A stretch of 62,202 bases of DNA, the filler included, from Ionaspis alba (Eukaryota), in assembly GCA_964255285.1 (NCBI GenBank). It is 2 parts of 2 records of this genome, joined end to end, with 100 filler letters (N's around TTAATTAATTAA, not from the genome) between each part and the next. Parts side by side here need not be neighbours in the genome. Positions count along the whole stretch, not along the records: positions 1 to 31,056 come from CAXUUL010000112.1; 1 more part is not named here. The stretch is one strand, 5' to 3'. Below are positions 13,327 through 26,204 of this stretch, in pieces. The notes beneath the pieces are model-generated. The model worked only from the letters and a program-made list of their open reading frames with translations. It was not told the DNA's origin and ran no database searches. The translations under genes and the position numbers were made by a program. Position 1 is the stretch's first letter. Each line of letters begins with the position of its first letter.

Positions 13327-15666
13327 ATGGCGCCCAAGCACCTTACTGCTGCCATTGGAGCAGCCTGCGTTGCCCTTTTCATCACAATTCAGATGATCTC
13401 AACCTCTGGTCTTCCTCAATTCAGTTTCTTGCGTTTGTATTATGTTGGTAACCCAAGAGTTATTTCTATTCCTCAGATCCCCATCAATTCCATCCTCGAA
13501 GATGTGTCTCGCACGGGTAAAGGTACTCCGTACCTCCTCGGGGTTGGCAAAGCAGACATTACCGGGTATGCCGCCTTGATCTCTAACGAACCGCTACGAT
13601 GACTAACAGGGAAGCCCAGTCCGGTGGTGGAAATCAACATGATGGGCTACGCCGACCCCAAACAAGTTGGTTCCGGATTGCGGCAAAGACTCTATTCAAG
13701 GGCTTTCATCGTGGCTGATCCTTCGATACCGGAAGACCGATTCGTGTATCTGGTGCTGGATACTCAGTCCGGGGACACTGCCGTACGGTACGGGATCTTG
13801 GAGGGATTGCAGGCTTTGGGACCGGAGTATGCCACTGTATACGGACAGAAAAACGTTGCCGTTACCGGAACACACTCGCATTCTGGGCCGGGAGCCTGGC
13901 TCAACTACCTTCTGCCTCAAATCACCAGCAAAGGATTCGATAAGCAGAGCTACCAAGCCATTGTAGATGGCACAATATTGTCGGTTAAGAGAGCGCATGA
14001 GAGTATAGCATTAGGGTATCTGAGCTTTGGTTCAATTGAGGTCCAAGATGCCAACATCAACCGAAGCCCCTATGCATACTCGGCTAACCCTGAGGAGGAG
14101 AGGGGAGGATACAAGGACGACGTTGATAAGACGATGACGATGCTCAAGTTCACTAGAGCTGGAGATGGTCTGAGCATGGGCATGTTGACCTGGTTCCCTG
14201 TGCATGGGACGTCCATGCTCGGTAACAACACCCTCATATCAGGCGACAATAAAGGCGTTGCCGCCTACTTATTCGAAAAAAGCGTCAAAGGTCTGGAAGA
14301 TTGTGACGTCGACTTTGTAGCCGGCTTCTCGCAATCCAACGTCGGAGACACGTCGCCGAATATCCTCGGAGCGTGGTGTGAAGACGAGTCAGGCATGCCA
14401 TGCAACTTCGAAGACAGCACCTGCGGAGGTCGCAACGAGCCCTGTCACGGCCGTGGTCCCTTTTTTCGCGAAAAGGACGAAGGCGCCGCAAGCTGCTACG
14501 AAATCGGACGAAGACAATTCTCCGCTGCACGAACCCTCTTCAACTCCCTCGATGACTCCACGGGCATCCCAATCCTCGGCCCTACCGTTCGTGCCCTTCA
14601 TACCTTCCAGGACTTTTCCTCCTTCTCCTTCCACCTTCCCAACGGCACAGCTGCGTCCACCTGCCCTGCCGCGCTGGGCTACTCCTTCGCAGCCGGCACC
14701 TCCGACGGCCCCGGAGCCTTTGACTTCAAGCAGAACTCCAGCGGTGATCCCACTGTGAACCCTCTCTGGGGGGCGGTGCGAAAATTTCTGCACGAACCGA
14801 GCGAAGAACAAAAGCTTTGTCATGCACCGAAACCGATCCTCCTCGATGTCGGCGAGATCCAAAAGCCCTACCTTTGGACGCCTAACATAGTTGACGTACA
14901 GCTCTTCCGTGTCGGGCAGCTAGTCATTATCGTTTCACCTGGAGAGGCCACTACCATGGCCGGGCGACGCTGGAAAGCATCCCTCTCCAACGCTGCCACT
15001 GCCTCCTCTCTCGTTTCGCCGGCTGCGCCATCACCACTTGTCGTTCTTGGTGGTCCAGCAAATTCCTACGCCCATTACATAGCCACCGAGGAAGAATATT
15101 GCATCCAGCGCTACGAAGGGGCCTCCACGCTCTACGGACCACATACACTAGCTGCTTACATCAACCTCACCGTGTCATACCTCCCCTATCTCGCTGACCA
15201 CATCCCCTCTACCCCATTGGCTTCCGGACCGAGTCCTCCCAACAACATGAACGCGTCTCTCTCCTTCATCTCCCCCGTAATTTTTGATGCTGCGCCGCTC
15301 TTTCGCTCTTTCGGCGATGTGGTCGTCGATACACCTTCTGCTGTTGCTCCCGGTCAGACAGTTACGGTCACCTTCGTTGGTGCTAATCCGCGTAACAATC
15401 TTCGGTCGGGGGACTCATATACGGCGGTAGAGAAGCAAGCAGGTAGAATTTGGCACAGGGTATTGGATGACAGCGACTGGGAGGTGTCTATGCGTTGGCG
15501 GAGGACTAGTGAAGTACTGGGTACCAGTGAAGTGGACGTTGTATGGCATATTCCACAAGATGTGGAAACAGGGATATATCGGTTGCGCTATCTTGGAGAG
15601 GCGAGAAGGATTACAGGGAGGGTAGTTGGGTTTGAAGGTGTCAGTGCGAAATTTGTCGTTAAGTAG
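13327..15666 (+). CDS. Neutral/alkaline non-lysosomal ceramidase
   Basis: Signal anchor, then YLLGVGKADITG|PVVEINMMGYA, GTHSHSGP, WFPVHGTS, GDTSPN and QRYEGASTLYGP; one intron near 13566-13614. Confidence 0.95.
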
Positions 15667-16528
15667 AGCGTGTGCAGGAATAGCTGACATGGTAGACGTT
15701 GTCTAGTGCATATGGGTCGACAGGTTTATTGTTTCAAGAGCACTGTTGGTCGCGCTGCGAGGTATTGCTCTAGGACTGAAGGTTGTCGTCATCTGCAGTT
15801 CAGTGACACGTGAGAAGAACGGGAAGGATCTATCAAGATGTTGCGTGGATTTTGAATCTAATTGAAATGAATGCCGATGTTTCTCAACATGACGATCCAT
15901 CTGCATCTTCGATAATCCATGAACGGTTCGCTTCAGTTGCGTGCTTGGCTGTCCTTGGGCAGGTGGTAAGATCAACGCAGTGCTTGGTCAGGGTGCCTTT
16001 TAGAATGCAGGCGTCAATGATGGCCGAGCCTTCCCCACTCCTCTAATAGCAATATAATTATACGTGGGGACGGCTTCCTATTCCTAGCAAAGGTAGTGAT
16101 AGTAAACACAGTTCGCAATGACATCAGCCAGAGCCGACCCACACCGAGCGACTCGAGCAGTCGTATGCTTCCACAGCAGCGCGAAGCTGAAAAGAAAAGA
16201 GGGAATGCCGAAGCCTTGAGTGACAGAGAACAGTACAGGCAAGGATATGAATATGGTCAACCGTATGCGCTTCGTCCGCCGCAAACGACGGAGGTTTAAG
16301 GGAGGTAGGAAACAGTCAAGAGCAAGAGGGTCCATAAATACTGCTTCGAACCCAGTGAGCAGCATCCCTGACCTCGGTCATCTCAAAAGCATTGCCCAAC
16401 CCCTTCGTTCTAGGTAATGCCAATCCACACATCCACCGGATCCGATTCCCTCCCCCTCCCTAAATCAAGTGCTCGAATGCCAATCCCGACTTCCTCTCCA
16501 AACGATCAAAAAGTTGTCGCCTTTGCTG

Positions 16529-17956
16529 CTACTGACTCAACGGATCCACACCCTCAGACCCACTTCCTGCTCGAACCGCTGCTCCTTTCTTACTTGGATC
16601 GTTCTGCCTCATCAACTCGTTCACTGGTCCCAACAGTCTTTGAAAGCCTTCCTTCCCTAGCATGGCAACCTTGACCTCCTCCAAGGAAACAACGCTCGCA
16701 GCCCTCGGCTTGTCATCCAGCAGTGCCAATTCTCCGAAATAATCTCCTTTTTTATAAGTCGTAAGCGCCTTGTCTCCTGTCTCCTTCTTGTAGGCAGCTG
16801 CCCTGCCTGATTCAAGTAGATAGAACGCTTCGCCGCGATCGCCCTCGCGGATGATGGTGCTGCCAGCCGGAAATTTCTGTGTCTCGAGGGAGTCGGCAAT
16901 CTTCGAGTGCTGGTAGGGCTCCAACGATGCGAGAAGTGGTACTTCGTTGAGGAAACTCTCGTACATACGGCGACGGGCAAAGGCTGAGTCCATGAGTATG
17001 CGACGGAAGGTGACACGATCAAGGGCCCAGAGTAGAGAACCTGGCTCGGTCGAGATGACAGTTGCGGCCCGGGGGGCGTTGTACATGAGGGCGAGCTCGC
17101 CGAAGGAGCCACCGGGGCCAATGTCGGCCACCTTTCCCCCAATACCGCCAGGGCCCGGCTGAACGGTGCCGGTCTTGTTGATGTGGATATCGAAGTGGCC
17201 CTTTTCGACAATGTAGAAGTAGTCGCCGGCGTCGCCTTGGGTGATGATCTTAATGCCCTTGGCCGGGATGGGCTTCTCTACCAGAGCGCCAAGAACCTGG
17301 GAGGTCTGCTCGTCGTCGAGGTGGCTGAAGAGAAAATTGTTGGCCACGGCGACTTTGAGGCGGGCAAGCTGGTCTGTGGTCTTGGCATGGTAGGGTGGCT
17401 TCCAGTTGTCGTCCATGCTGGACTGCGGATTCATACTTTCCGCGGAGACGGATGTGCGACGGCCCATGGCGTAGTTTGATGGAAAGCCTTCACCAGAACC
17501 CCCGACTGGCTTGAAGGACGATGGTGGTCCTCCTCCTCCTCCACTTGTCCCTGCTGCTGCTGTTGAAGGTGAAAAGGAGCTGCCAAAGTCTCCGTCGTTG
17601 GCAAAGGGGGAGCTGCCGGAGGAATTGCGGTGGGAGAATGGGGAGTTTTGAAACGAGGGATTCGTAGGGGACATGGTCGATTCCACCTCGTCTTCCTCTC
17701 GCAGTTGCTGCATACCTCCACCTGCTGCGGGGCTACGTTGATGCGTGCCACCACCGAAAGGGTTGCCGCCCGGGAAATTCGACTCTGCCATTCTGATCCC
17801 ACCAGACTTGGTGGAGAGGAGATACTCTGCGCGCTGTGACTCAAGACGACGGTTGAAGAAGTTGGCGCAGAATTGAAGTACGTCTTGAGGTTGGGCTTTC
17901 AGGATCTCACGATTGAGGGTATTTAGCTCGTTGGTGTAGGTTGGTGGTAGGGACAT
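16529..17956 (-). CDS. pkaR: cAMP-dependent protein kinase regulatory subunit
   Basis: N-terminal D/D domain, RRTSVSAES inhibitor site, and two cNMP-binding domains (FGELALMYNAPRAATV; FGELALLDDKPRAASV). Intronless ORF. Confidence 0.97.
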   Translation of the reverse strand: MSLPPTYTNELNTLNREILKAQPQDVLQFCANFFNRRLESQRAEYLLSTKSGGIRMAESNFPGGNPFGGGTHQRSPAAGGGMQQLREEDEVESTMSPTNPSFQNSPFSHRNSSGSSPFANDGDFGSSFSPSTAAAGTSGGGGGPPSSFKPVGGSGEGFPSNYAMGRRTSVSAESMNPQSSMDDNWKPPYHAKTTDQLARLKVAVANNFLFSHLDDEQTSQVLGALVEKPIPAKGIKIITQGDAGDYFYIVEKGHFDIHINKTGTVQPGPGGIGGKVADIGPGGSFGELALMYNAPRAATVISTEPGSLLWALDRVTFRRILMDSAFARRRMYESFLNEVPLLASLEPYQHSKIADSLETQKFPAGSTIIREGDRGEAFYLLESGRAAAYKKETGDKALTTYKKGDYFGELALLDDKPRAASVVSLEEVKVAMLGKEGFQRLLGPVNELMRQNDPSKKGAAVRAGSGSEGVDPLSQ

Positions 17957-18918
17957 GTGACGTGGGAAGGAGGTTTGCAGATACGTCTGGTGGATTGGTG
18001 GATGGCAGGACGCAAAGTGTGGGATGGTGGGAACAGTTCAGTGGAGGATTAGTCCCCGACCTGCTGCTGCTTGACGTCGGTTGATTGCTTGCGCGGCAAT
18101 GCGAAGAATAAGTGGAGGGGTGGGCTAATCAGGTGCAGGGCTGTGTTCTCAGGAGGAGGCAGGTCCGACTGGGTTTTTGTATGCAACTTGGGTCCTGGCG
18201 GATTTTGGTTACAGTCGACAGAGAAACGGGCGGGTAAACCTCCACTGAAGGATCTGTAGTTGTTATTGTTGATAAGAGAAGGAGATCGTGACAATGATGA
18301 TAATGATGGTACGTCGTCGAAGTTTATGAACAGGAATGCATGGAAAGTGGAAGGAAGCCGCCTGTGCAAGTGGGGTCAACGGGGGCACGCCTACCACAAT
18401 GCAAGAACCAAGAGGTTTTTACCTCCTACTTTCTTGCCTGACGTCCGCAAATGCAGAACAATTGTGGGCAACGTGTTAATTGGACCCAACGCTACATATC
18501 CAGTGTTCCAGAAGCTGCCTAGAAGGCATTGCAGTTTTCGAGAACCCATCGAGAATCATCCAGAACATTACTTGATCCGCCCACGGCGACTGAACAAGCT
18601 TTTTGTGCGTCTCTCGATTGACAGCCATTTCTGGCGCGCACGATTTGGAAGGCTTTCCTCACTCAAGAACTCTCACCAGTAAACAGAGTTGGCGCCCGGG
18701 TCGAGTACTGAGACTACCGAAGGCAATAGCTGCATATCCAGTGAAAAGAGAAGTCAAGATTCGTTGGCAATGGAACGCCACGATGAGACGGACGAGATAC
18801 CGTGCGTGGGAGCCCTCGATCAGTCTGTTGTTGCAGGTGATCTGTTGTGGGAGATTTGGCGCAAGAGCTCCAATTTTGTCTCCATCGTATCTATGAACCG
18901 AGTGATGACTGACAAGCC

Positions 18919-19889
18919 ATGTCCAGTGAATTGTCAGATGAGGCGCTTGCAGCGCTGCAAGAGTTCTACAGGGAGAGAGACGATCAGGAGAAACGATTCG
19001 AGGCACTGAAAGCGGCTGCAGCAGCGCCTGATTCTAAGTCCCAGACGCTGCTTTCGATGGAGATATTTACGGAAGACTGGAACTCCAGCCAATTCTGGGT
19101 GTGTAGGTGAAAAGAGGGGATTCTGCGGTTCTCTCTGGTGAGCATGGACAGCTGACGTCCACAGTATAACGACGAAACCGCTACGACACTTGCGAGGCAG
19201 CTTCTCGACGGCTGCACAGCGACTACTTGCATCGCTGTAGTGTCAGCTCCGAGCGTGGTTGTCCAGATTAAGAATCTGATAGTAGGTGGACAGTCCCATG
19301 AGATGTTTTAGGTGCAAAAACGCTCATGATCCGTAGACTTGCGGCGACTATTCCCAACCAGGCCGAGTATGTCTTCTTGAGTTGGACGAGCGCTTTGCGG
19401 TGCTGCAGGAATTCGTTCACTACGATTTCCATTCGCCATTGAAATTACCCTGTACGACCATGCACCTGCTCACTCGATTTGATGTCCTCTGATCCTTGTT
19501 GTGATGCTACCAATAGCAGGCATGAAGGGAAAGTTCGACCGTATCATCTGCGATCCGCCGTTTTTAAGCATCGACTGTCAGACCAAAGGTATCTGCCTCT
19601 TCCCAAAGACAACCGCTGGAGACATGTGGTGAAGGACATTGAGGCTAATCGGGCGGAGTCAGCCGCCATGACCGTCAGATGGTTATCAAAGGCGGGTACC
19701 GGGACTTCAAACGACCGCCCGAACTCCCGTATTGTTGTCTGCACAGGCGAAAGAATGGAAAGTTTAGTAGTGAAGCTATACCCCGGAATTCGAACCACCA
19801 ATTTCGAGCCCCGGCACGCCCAAGGCAGACTCGGCAACGAGTTTCGGTGCTATGCTAATTTCGAATGCAGTCCATGGTCGTGGCGATGA
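18919..19889 (+). CDS. EFM5: eEF1A lysine N-methyltransferase EFM5 (N6AMT2/AML1)
   Basis: LSDEALAALQEFY, EDWNSSQFW|YNDETA, IAVVSAPS, ICDPPFL and LGNEFRCYANFE, across about 5 exons. Confidence 0.9.
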
Positions 19890-21619
19890 ACCGGCTGCGG
19901 CGAAAGAAGCGTCAAACGACAGGCTTTAGAACCCACGTCAGCCGAAAGTGTTGGACAAGACTCAAGACCAAGGGATGCAAGGAGACAGTAGACCATCCTG
20001 CACGAGCATTGAAATGCCTTGGAAGTTCATGACCAGTCTTAGCCATCGTAGATACCTCCCTGCGACACAATGGACTCGGGTCGGGGCGCCTAATGAACCT
20101 ACAGATTGCTTAGATTGAATACCTCTTGTTCTCGAAGAGAATGTATTGGAAGCAGCTCATCGGTGGGGAGACGTTCTGTCGATGTCGTCTACCGCATGAC
20201 GATGACTCCATCCAAAGCTGCCCTAATCTATGATTCGGTGCTATCGATGCGTAGAGAATTGAGGGTAAAGTGCTAAAGCCGGTGCCAAAGCCAGAGCCAG
20301 AGCCAATTCCTTCCATGTATCTACTCTACTAACCTCGAAGGAGGTGGGAGAAGTGTCAGCACATTCATGCTTCTTGCTTGTCCATGACGAAACGAGAAAC
20401 CGATAGATGCAAGGGCAATTCTCTTCTCTGCTTAAGGAGGACGCCCAAGGCGGGCACTCACCAAGCGTCCTCCAGGTGTAGTGTACGCATGATCTCTTCG
20501 ACCAATGATAAAAAGAACGGAGGTAATCCCGCGCCAAGACGGAGGACCTCGTGCCGGGACTCTTGCATTAACTCGTTTGACGGATTATTGTGATCTAGAG
20601 TATGAATAATGCCCCGGATTGCATTATTGTTACCGCCCTGGATATCTACTGCGGAGGGCATCAAGGGTGCCAGTTGGTGCCTACCATCGCCACATTTGCC
20701 ATAATTGCTTCAAACACAGCTTCTCGGTCTCCCTTCAATCGCGTTTCATTTCTGTCTTTCGCACTACCAGCGAGTCTTGTTTTACCCTACGTGCATGCTA
20801 CTGATAGACAGCAGGAAAGACGCCGGACAAAGGAGGAGACAAGAAAAATATCGAGATGGCATATGACTGCTATGACTCAAGCCAGCCACGGCAACCTCTC
20901 ACACTCTCTCACGCTCTCCACGGCGTATTCCACTCTTGCTTACTTGGTTGCTTTCGTTCCTTAGCTGACGGAATCTGGGATTGATCAGCAAACGCGCGAG
21001 CCAGCCATTTGCACTCCATCCTTGGCTTCGCGCTGAACCTGGGCATTTCCATTCCGATCATTCCGATTACCCTGTAGCGGTCAAAGAAACACATATCTTC
21101 TGGCACACATGGGCAAGTCAAGGCCGGAGCTTCGCGTCCGACGTTATTCATCCTTCACCTGTCGGCGCATTATTCATATATTCACAAGGCCTGGATTTCG
21201 GGATTACTGCATCACCGCATTACCGGACGCCGTCAGCAATACACAATGAATGGCATCTTGGCGTGGTCGACATGCCAGAGCGTGATGGAAGCTCGAGGAA
21301 ACTGCCTTTCTCCGTGTATCGCGATTCCGGATGTACCGCGGCTGCTGGAAACATAAAGATGGTTCTGTTTCTCAGCTCTTGTCTACTTCTCTAGCAATTC
21401 GCTCGATTGACTGTGAACTAAGTGCCTCGCAACCGTGTCCCCGTTGTCCTTACTTCGAATTGGATTTCACCATACGCAGCCCTCCTTCATCACAAAGCCG
21501 CCAGTAGAAGAAGTTTCGGTAGATTGAATCCATCCACTCGCTTGCCGGAACCATCACTGTTCACCGTTCATATAGTCTGCCATTGATCTTCACAGCAACC
21601 TTATATCGGTACAGAACGA

Positions 21620-23456
21620 ATGGAGCACTGTTCCGACCACTATGGGAATCCTCAACCGATGATGTCTTCGAACCTTACTTACCATCCTTCTCCTGGTTCT
21701 GCTTCATATTTCAATCATCCTCACGGCCGGGGACTCATCCTAAGTCACATAATCCTTATGGTCGCTGCGTGGTTGTTTGTTCTTCCTATCGGTGAATGAT
21801 CGAATGTCGCATCGGTAAAAGCCCATTGCTGATAAGGTTCGGAGCAGGTGTCGTGCTTAGCATCGCAAATTCTAGATCAGCCTTAGCTGTTCAGCTTAGC
21901 TTTCTGCTTTTGGATGCCGCTGGACTCATTTTCGGCACTGTTTATGACCGCCATACTCCGGATCTGTACCCGAGCAATGTGCATCACAACCTGGGTTGGA
22001 TCCTGACTGTCATCATGGGGGTGCACGTTGGCATGGGAGTACTACTGAGAACTATGGCGTTGAAACGATCCAGGGAGCGGGAGAGCTCGAGTTTCGGACT
22101 CCGCAGTGTGTCGCACACTCGAGGCGCTAATGATCCTGGGGCTACGAAGATTCTCGACCATAGCGCCGAGTCTGGCAGTGCTCGGAGCTCGTCTACCTTG
22201 CTGTCAGACTGCGACGACGACAACCCTAATGCTATTCTCCATGACATGGCGGTACGGGACGACGTCGGGGGCGTCGAGGAGAAAGACGGGTTGCTAAGTA
22301 GTAGAGTAGCGGATCGTTTCTTACCCCGGAGGTTGTCGTGGTTGCCAGACATTCCTGTAGCGAGGATGATCCTAGATCTCTATAAGCTCACGGATAGACT
22401 GATATTGCTTCTTGGATCTGTAGCTCTCACAAGCGGAATGGTGGTCTATGGCGGTATTTTTGTACGTCGCCTAACCCCGAGCTGACCAACTCGAGGTGCT
22501 GATGATCGAACAGAAGGGCGATCAAATTTTCAGCGGTCTGGCACACTTCATCAAAGGCGGAATATTTTTCTGGTATGGGCTCCTGACACTGGGGCGTTAT
22601 CTTGGATGCTACAGTGAGCTGGGCTGGAGCTGGAACCTTCGAGCGGATGACTTCAGGAAGGGAGCTCGGACATCTCTGTTACCGTCAGTGGAAATGGCCG
22701 AATCTTTCCTCATCTTTCTCTACGGATCTACCAATATATTTCTCGAGCATCTCGGCTCATGGGGCGGAGCGTGGAGCCCCGGGGACCTCGAGCACGTTTC
22801 CATAGCTGCAATGTTTTTGGGAGGTGGGCTTGTGAGTAACCGCGCTTCATTGGATATCGGCAATGGCTGCTGATCGCTATCTATAGTGCGGTATGTTGGT
22901 AGAGTCTTCAAAGGTCCGCAACCTGCTCGTCTCAACCCCGACGTCTGCTGCAGGTCCCCGTGGGGGCTGGTCCACGGACGAGCACTCGAGGTCTTCGGAA
23001 ACGTATCGCTTCTCCTTAAATCCGTTCCCAAGCATCATCGTTTTTCTGCTCGGAATCCTTATAAGCTCGCACCATCAATCTTCCATGGTCGCCACGGTAA
23101 TCCATAAGCAGTGGGGCACTCTCCTGATCGTTGCAGCTCTAGGCCGAGGCGTCACCTACATATTGATGTACTTGTCACCACCCAAATCAACGCTCCCCTC
23201 TCGACCACCGTCTGAATTGGTGGTGGCATTCTGTCTCACGTCGGGCGGCTTGGTCTTTATGGGGAGTGCCCACGATGTAGTGGAATCGATTGAAACGTAC
23301 GACCTGGACGCTATGTTTCTGCTTACAGTGATCATAGGGTTGACTGCGTTCGTAACGGCTTGGGCAATGGTCGTGCTGGCGATCAAAGGGTGGGCCGTCC
23401 GCCAGGAGCAGCAGAAGTCAATGCTGGACGCTTGTGGCTCAGCTCAAACTCCGTAG
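21620..23456 (+). CDS. YTP1-like polytopic membrane protein (DUF2427 + Ytp1 domains); start uncertain
   Basis: HIILMVAAWLFVLPIG, TPDLYPSNVHHNLGW, LAHFIKGGIFFWYG, NIFLEHL, DLEHVSI, HKQWGTL and PSRPPSEL; three introns. Confidence 0.85.
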
Positions 23457-24296
23457 GGGAGGTTAAAGCGAGGCTGTGGCGGACGAAGATCTGTTTGGCT
23501 CGTCGCTGATGCACGCAGTGCATGCTTCCGGATGTTTCGGGCTTCCTATGCTATGTGACGCCTTGGCGCAATAAGCCGGAGCGCAAGAATTGATCCCAAT
23601 GCTAACATCCAACGGAGTCGAAGGCTTTGACGGGACAGAATTAGCGACGGTGGTGAGTGGCAGATATGCCGGCACTCGACGCATTCCAGCACCGGCATCC
23701 TCTAATCATCGTGCTGTGCAAATCTTCCATGATACACCTCCATCGATATTTGGCTATGCCGAGTGACTACCGCCTGTGTCTGACGGAGACCAGGCTCGAT
23801 AGAGCTAGACCGCTGACGGAGGCCACTGTTTCGTATCCTCGCGCCGATCCGGTCGGACATTTCGCGATTAGCGAGAATGCTTAATCCCGAGGCTGCTCTG
23901 ATTACCATGTAATCATCCCAAGTCACCCAACTTCGTAAGCACCATGAGTACTGCGAGGAGCCCAGCCGCAAACCTACATATCAGCCGCTTCCAAGTCTCG
24001 TTACGAACAACCTCCTGCTGGATGTTTGGTTCATCGTAGAGAATGGCTGCGACACCCCATCCCATCCTCGCCCCGCTCTCTGGTTGTATCTCCAAGTGAA
24101 ACCTGCAACCATTTACCTGTTCACCTCGGTCTTTGGATTTGTAAGCGTCAGTGATGTTCCGTACCACATGTTCGAGAGTTCGGTCACGCCTTTCAAAAAT
24201 ATCCCTTTCAACTGTGCGCCGCTTCGGACGTCGATGAAAAGGTGCTGCCTGCACTGGAAAACACTCGAGAGTTTCTGACACTCCCTCCCCTTACCA

Positions 24297-25802
24297 ATGT
24301 CTCAAAGGTCCTCGGCACATACGGCATCGACAGAAGCGGCTCTGAAGGAAGGGGAGCACAAACCCACGAGGACCCCGTCCCCATCGAGCACTCCCACTCT
24401 GGCTCAGATTGGTTTTACAGAGGCAACCGCATTGCCAGACACAGCGGATGGATCACGGATCGTTGACCTGGAGAAGGCGGCGGTGACGGCGATAGCCGTG
24501 GATAGTGTCCCACCTGGACCCATGGACCCAGCCTCGTTCCCCGACGGAGGAGTGAAAGCGTGGTTGGTAGTCTTCGGCGCGTTCTGCTGCCTCTTCTGCA
24601 GCTTTGGCTGGATCAACTGTGCATCTTGCCCTTCCCTCCGCTCCAATCGATAGTGTATCCAACTGACCCGCACTTTTCCAGGCATCGGCGTATTCCAAGA
24701 ATACTATCAGACGACCCTTCTATCCTCGCTTCCCCCCTCCACCATCTCCTGGATACCCTCCCTCGAGACTTTTTGCATGTTTGCCGGCGGCCCGCTCTTT
24801 GGCGCCATCTACGATAACTATGGGCCGCAGCCTCTCCTTCTCGTCGGCTCCATCCTGCACGTCTTCGGTCTCATGATGGCCTCGCTTTCCACGCAATATT
24901 ATCAACTGCTCCTCGCACAGGGGATTTGCTCTCCATTGGGGGCCTCGGCCGTCTTCTACCCCGCCGTCTCGTCCGTCGCGACTTGGTTTTTCCGTAGACG
25001 CGCGCTGGCATTCGGCGTCACCGCAGCCGGCTCCTCGCTTGGGGGCGTCATCTTCCCCATTCTCGTGCAGCGACTGATCTCGCGCATCGGTTTCCCATGG
25101 ACCATGCGCGTGGCCGCGTTCCTGATCCTGGGAATGCTGATCATGGCCAACCTGACCGTGACCTCGCGGCTGCCTCCGTCGCCTTCGCCAATCTCGCTGC
25201 GAGCATTCCTGAGACCACTCCGGGAGCGAGCGTTTGGCCTCCTTGTGCTGGCTTCTTTCCTCATTTTCTTCGGACTCTTCATTCCACTCAACTTCGTTAT
25301 CCTACAAGCGCTTGCCATCGGCACCAACGTGGGGCTGGCATCGTACCTCCTCGCGATTCTCAATGCCGTTTCCATCCTCGGTCGCACACTACCCGGCTGG
25401 CTAGGCGATCGCTACGGACGCTTCAACGTTCTGATTGTCATGAATTTCCTCTCGGGAATCATCGTTCTGGCGCTCTGGTTGCCAGCCAAGGCAACGGCAC
25501 CCGTCATCGTGTTCGCAGCGCTATATGGTTTCTCATCTGGAGCGTTTGTGGGCATGATCCCGGCTTGTGTGGCGCAGATCAGTGATATTCGCCAGATTGG
25601 GGTAAGGTCCGGGACGCTATTTGCCGTTGTGAGCATTGCGGCTTTATGTGGAAATCCGGTGGGAGGGGCATTGCTGAGTCGCGACGGGAGGGACTTCTTG
25701 CACTTGCAGGTCTTTTGTGGCGTTGTTTTGTTGGCAGGGAGTGTGGTTTTCGTGGGGGTGAGATGGATGTTAGTCGGAAGGAAACTACTGCAAAAGGTAT
25801 AG
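24297..25802 (+). CDS. Second MFS monocarboxylate-porter family transporter
   Basis: FPDGGVKAWLVV, SFGWINC|IGVFQEYY, GRTLPGWLGDRYGRFN and AQISDIRQIGVRSG; one intron near 24620-24681. Confidence 0.92.
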
Positions 25803-26204
25803 ACGGCTTTTCTTCCAGATCGAGGCTGCTGGGAAGGAAGGTTCCTGTATGGATACAACTGCTTTACAGCTTGGTATGCATGATTGCTACTGATATTAGA
25901 GAGGGCGAGCTCAGGATCTGCTGAGACTGGACAAGATCTGTAAGATTTCTCATCACATACGTAAGGTTGCTGGCACGCGGTTCGCAATATCAATGGAACG
26001 GTTGAATGCGCTCTCGCCTAATAAGACTGTCCCAGTCTATGGGCAGACTGAGCATAGCTGAACACGACTGTTCCGACAGGCATCACAACTTAATGTTACA
26101 TCCATATTACACAAGCGAGGTAGAAAATGCTCCATCATGGATTGCTCATCACATGCAAACCCTGATCGGTCGGCAGCCTGTTCACTCGATCTGTCGACCC
26201 AGAT

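Noticed and set aside
16084..16417. Arg-rich short ORFs downstream of pkaR
   Set aside because: They lie in the probable 3' UTR, are low complexity and have no domain.
20110..21394. Possible small spliced gene (ORF 20458-20664 minus, ending at a GTGAGT donor)
   Set aside because: I could not build a coherent downstream exon, and there is no recognisable homology.
24956..25993. Long antisense and alternate-frame ORFs over the MFS gene (and similar ones over other CDSs)
   Set aside because: These are expected shadow ORFs of GC-rich coding sequence.
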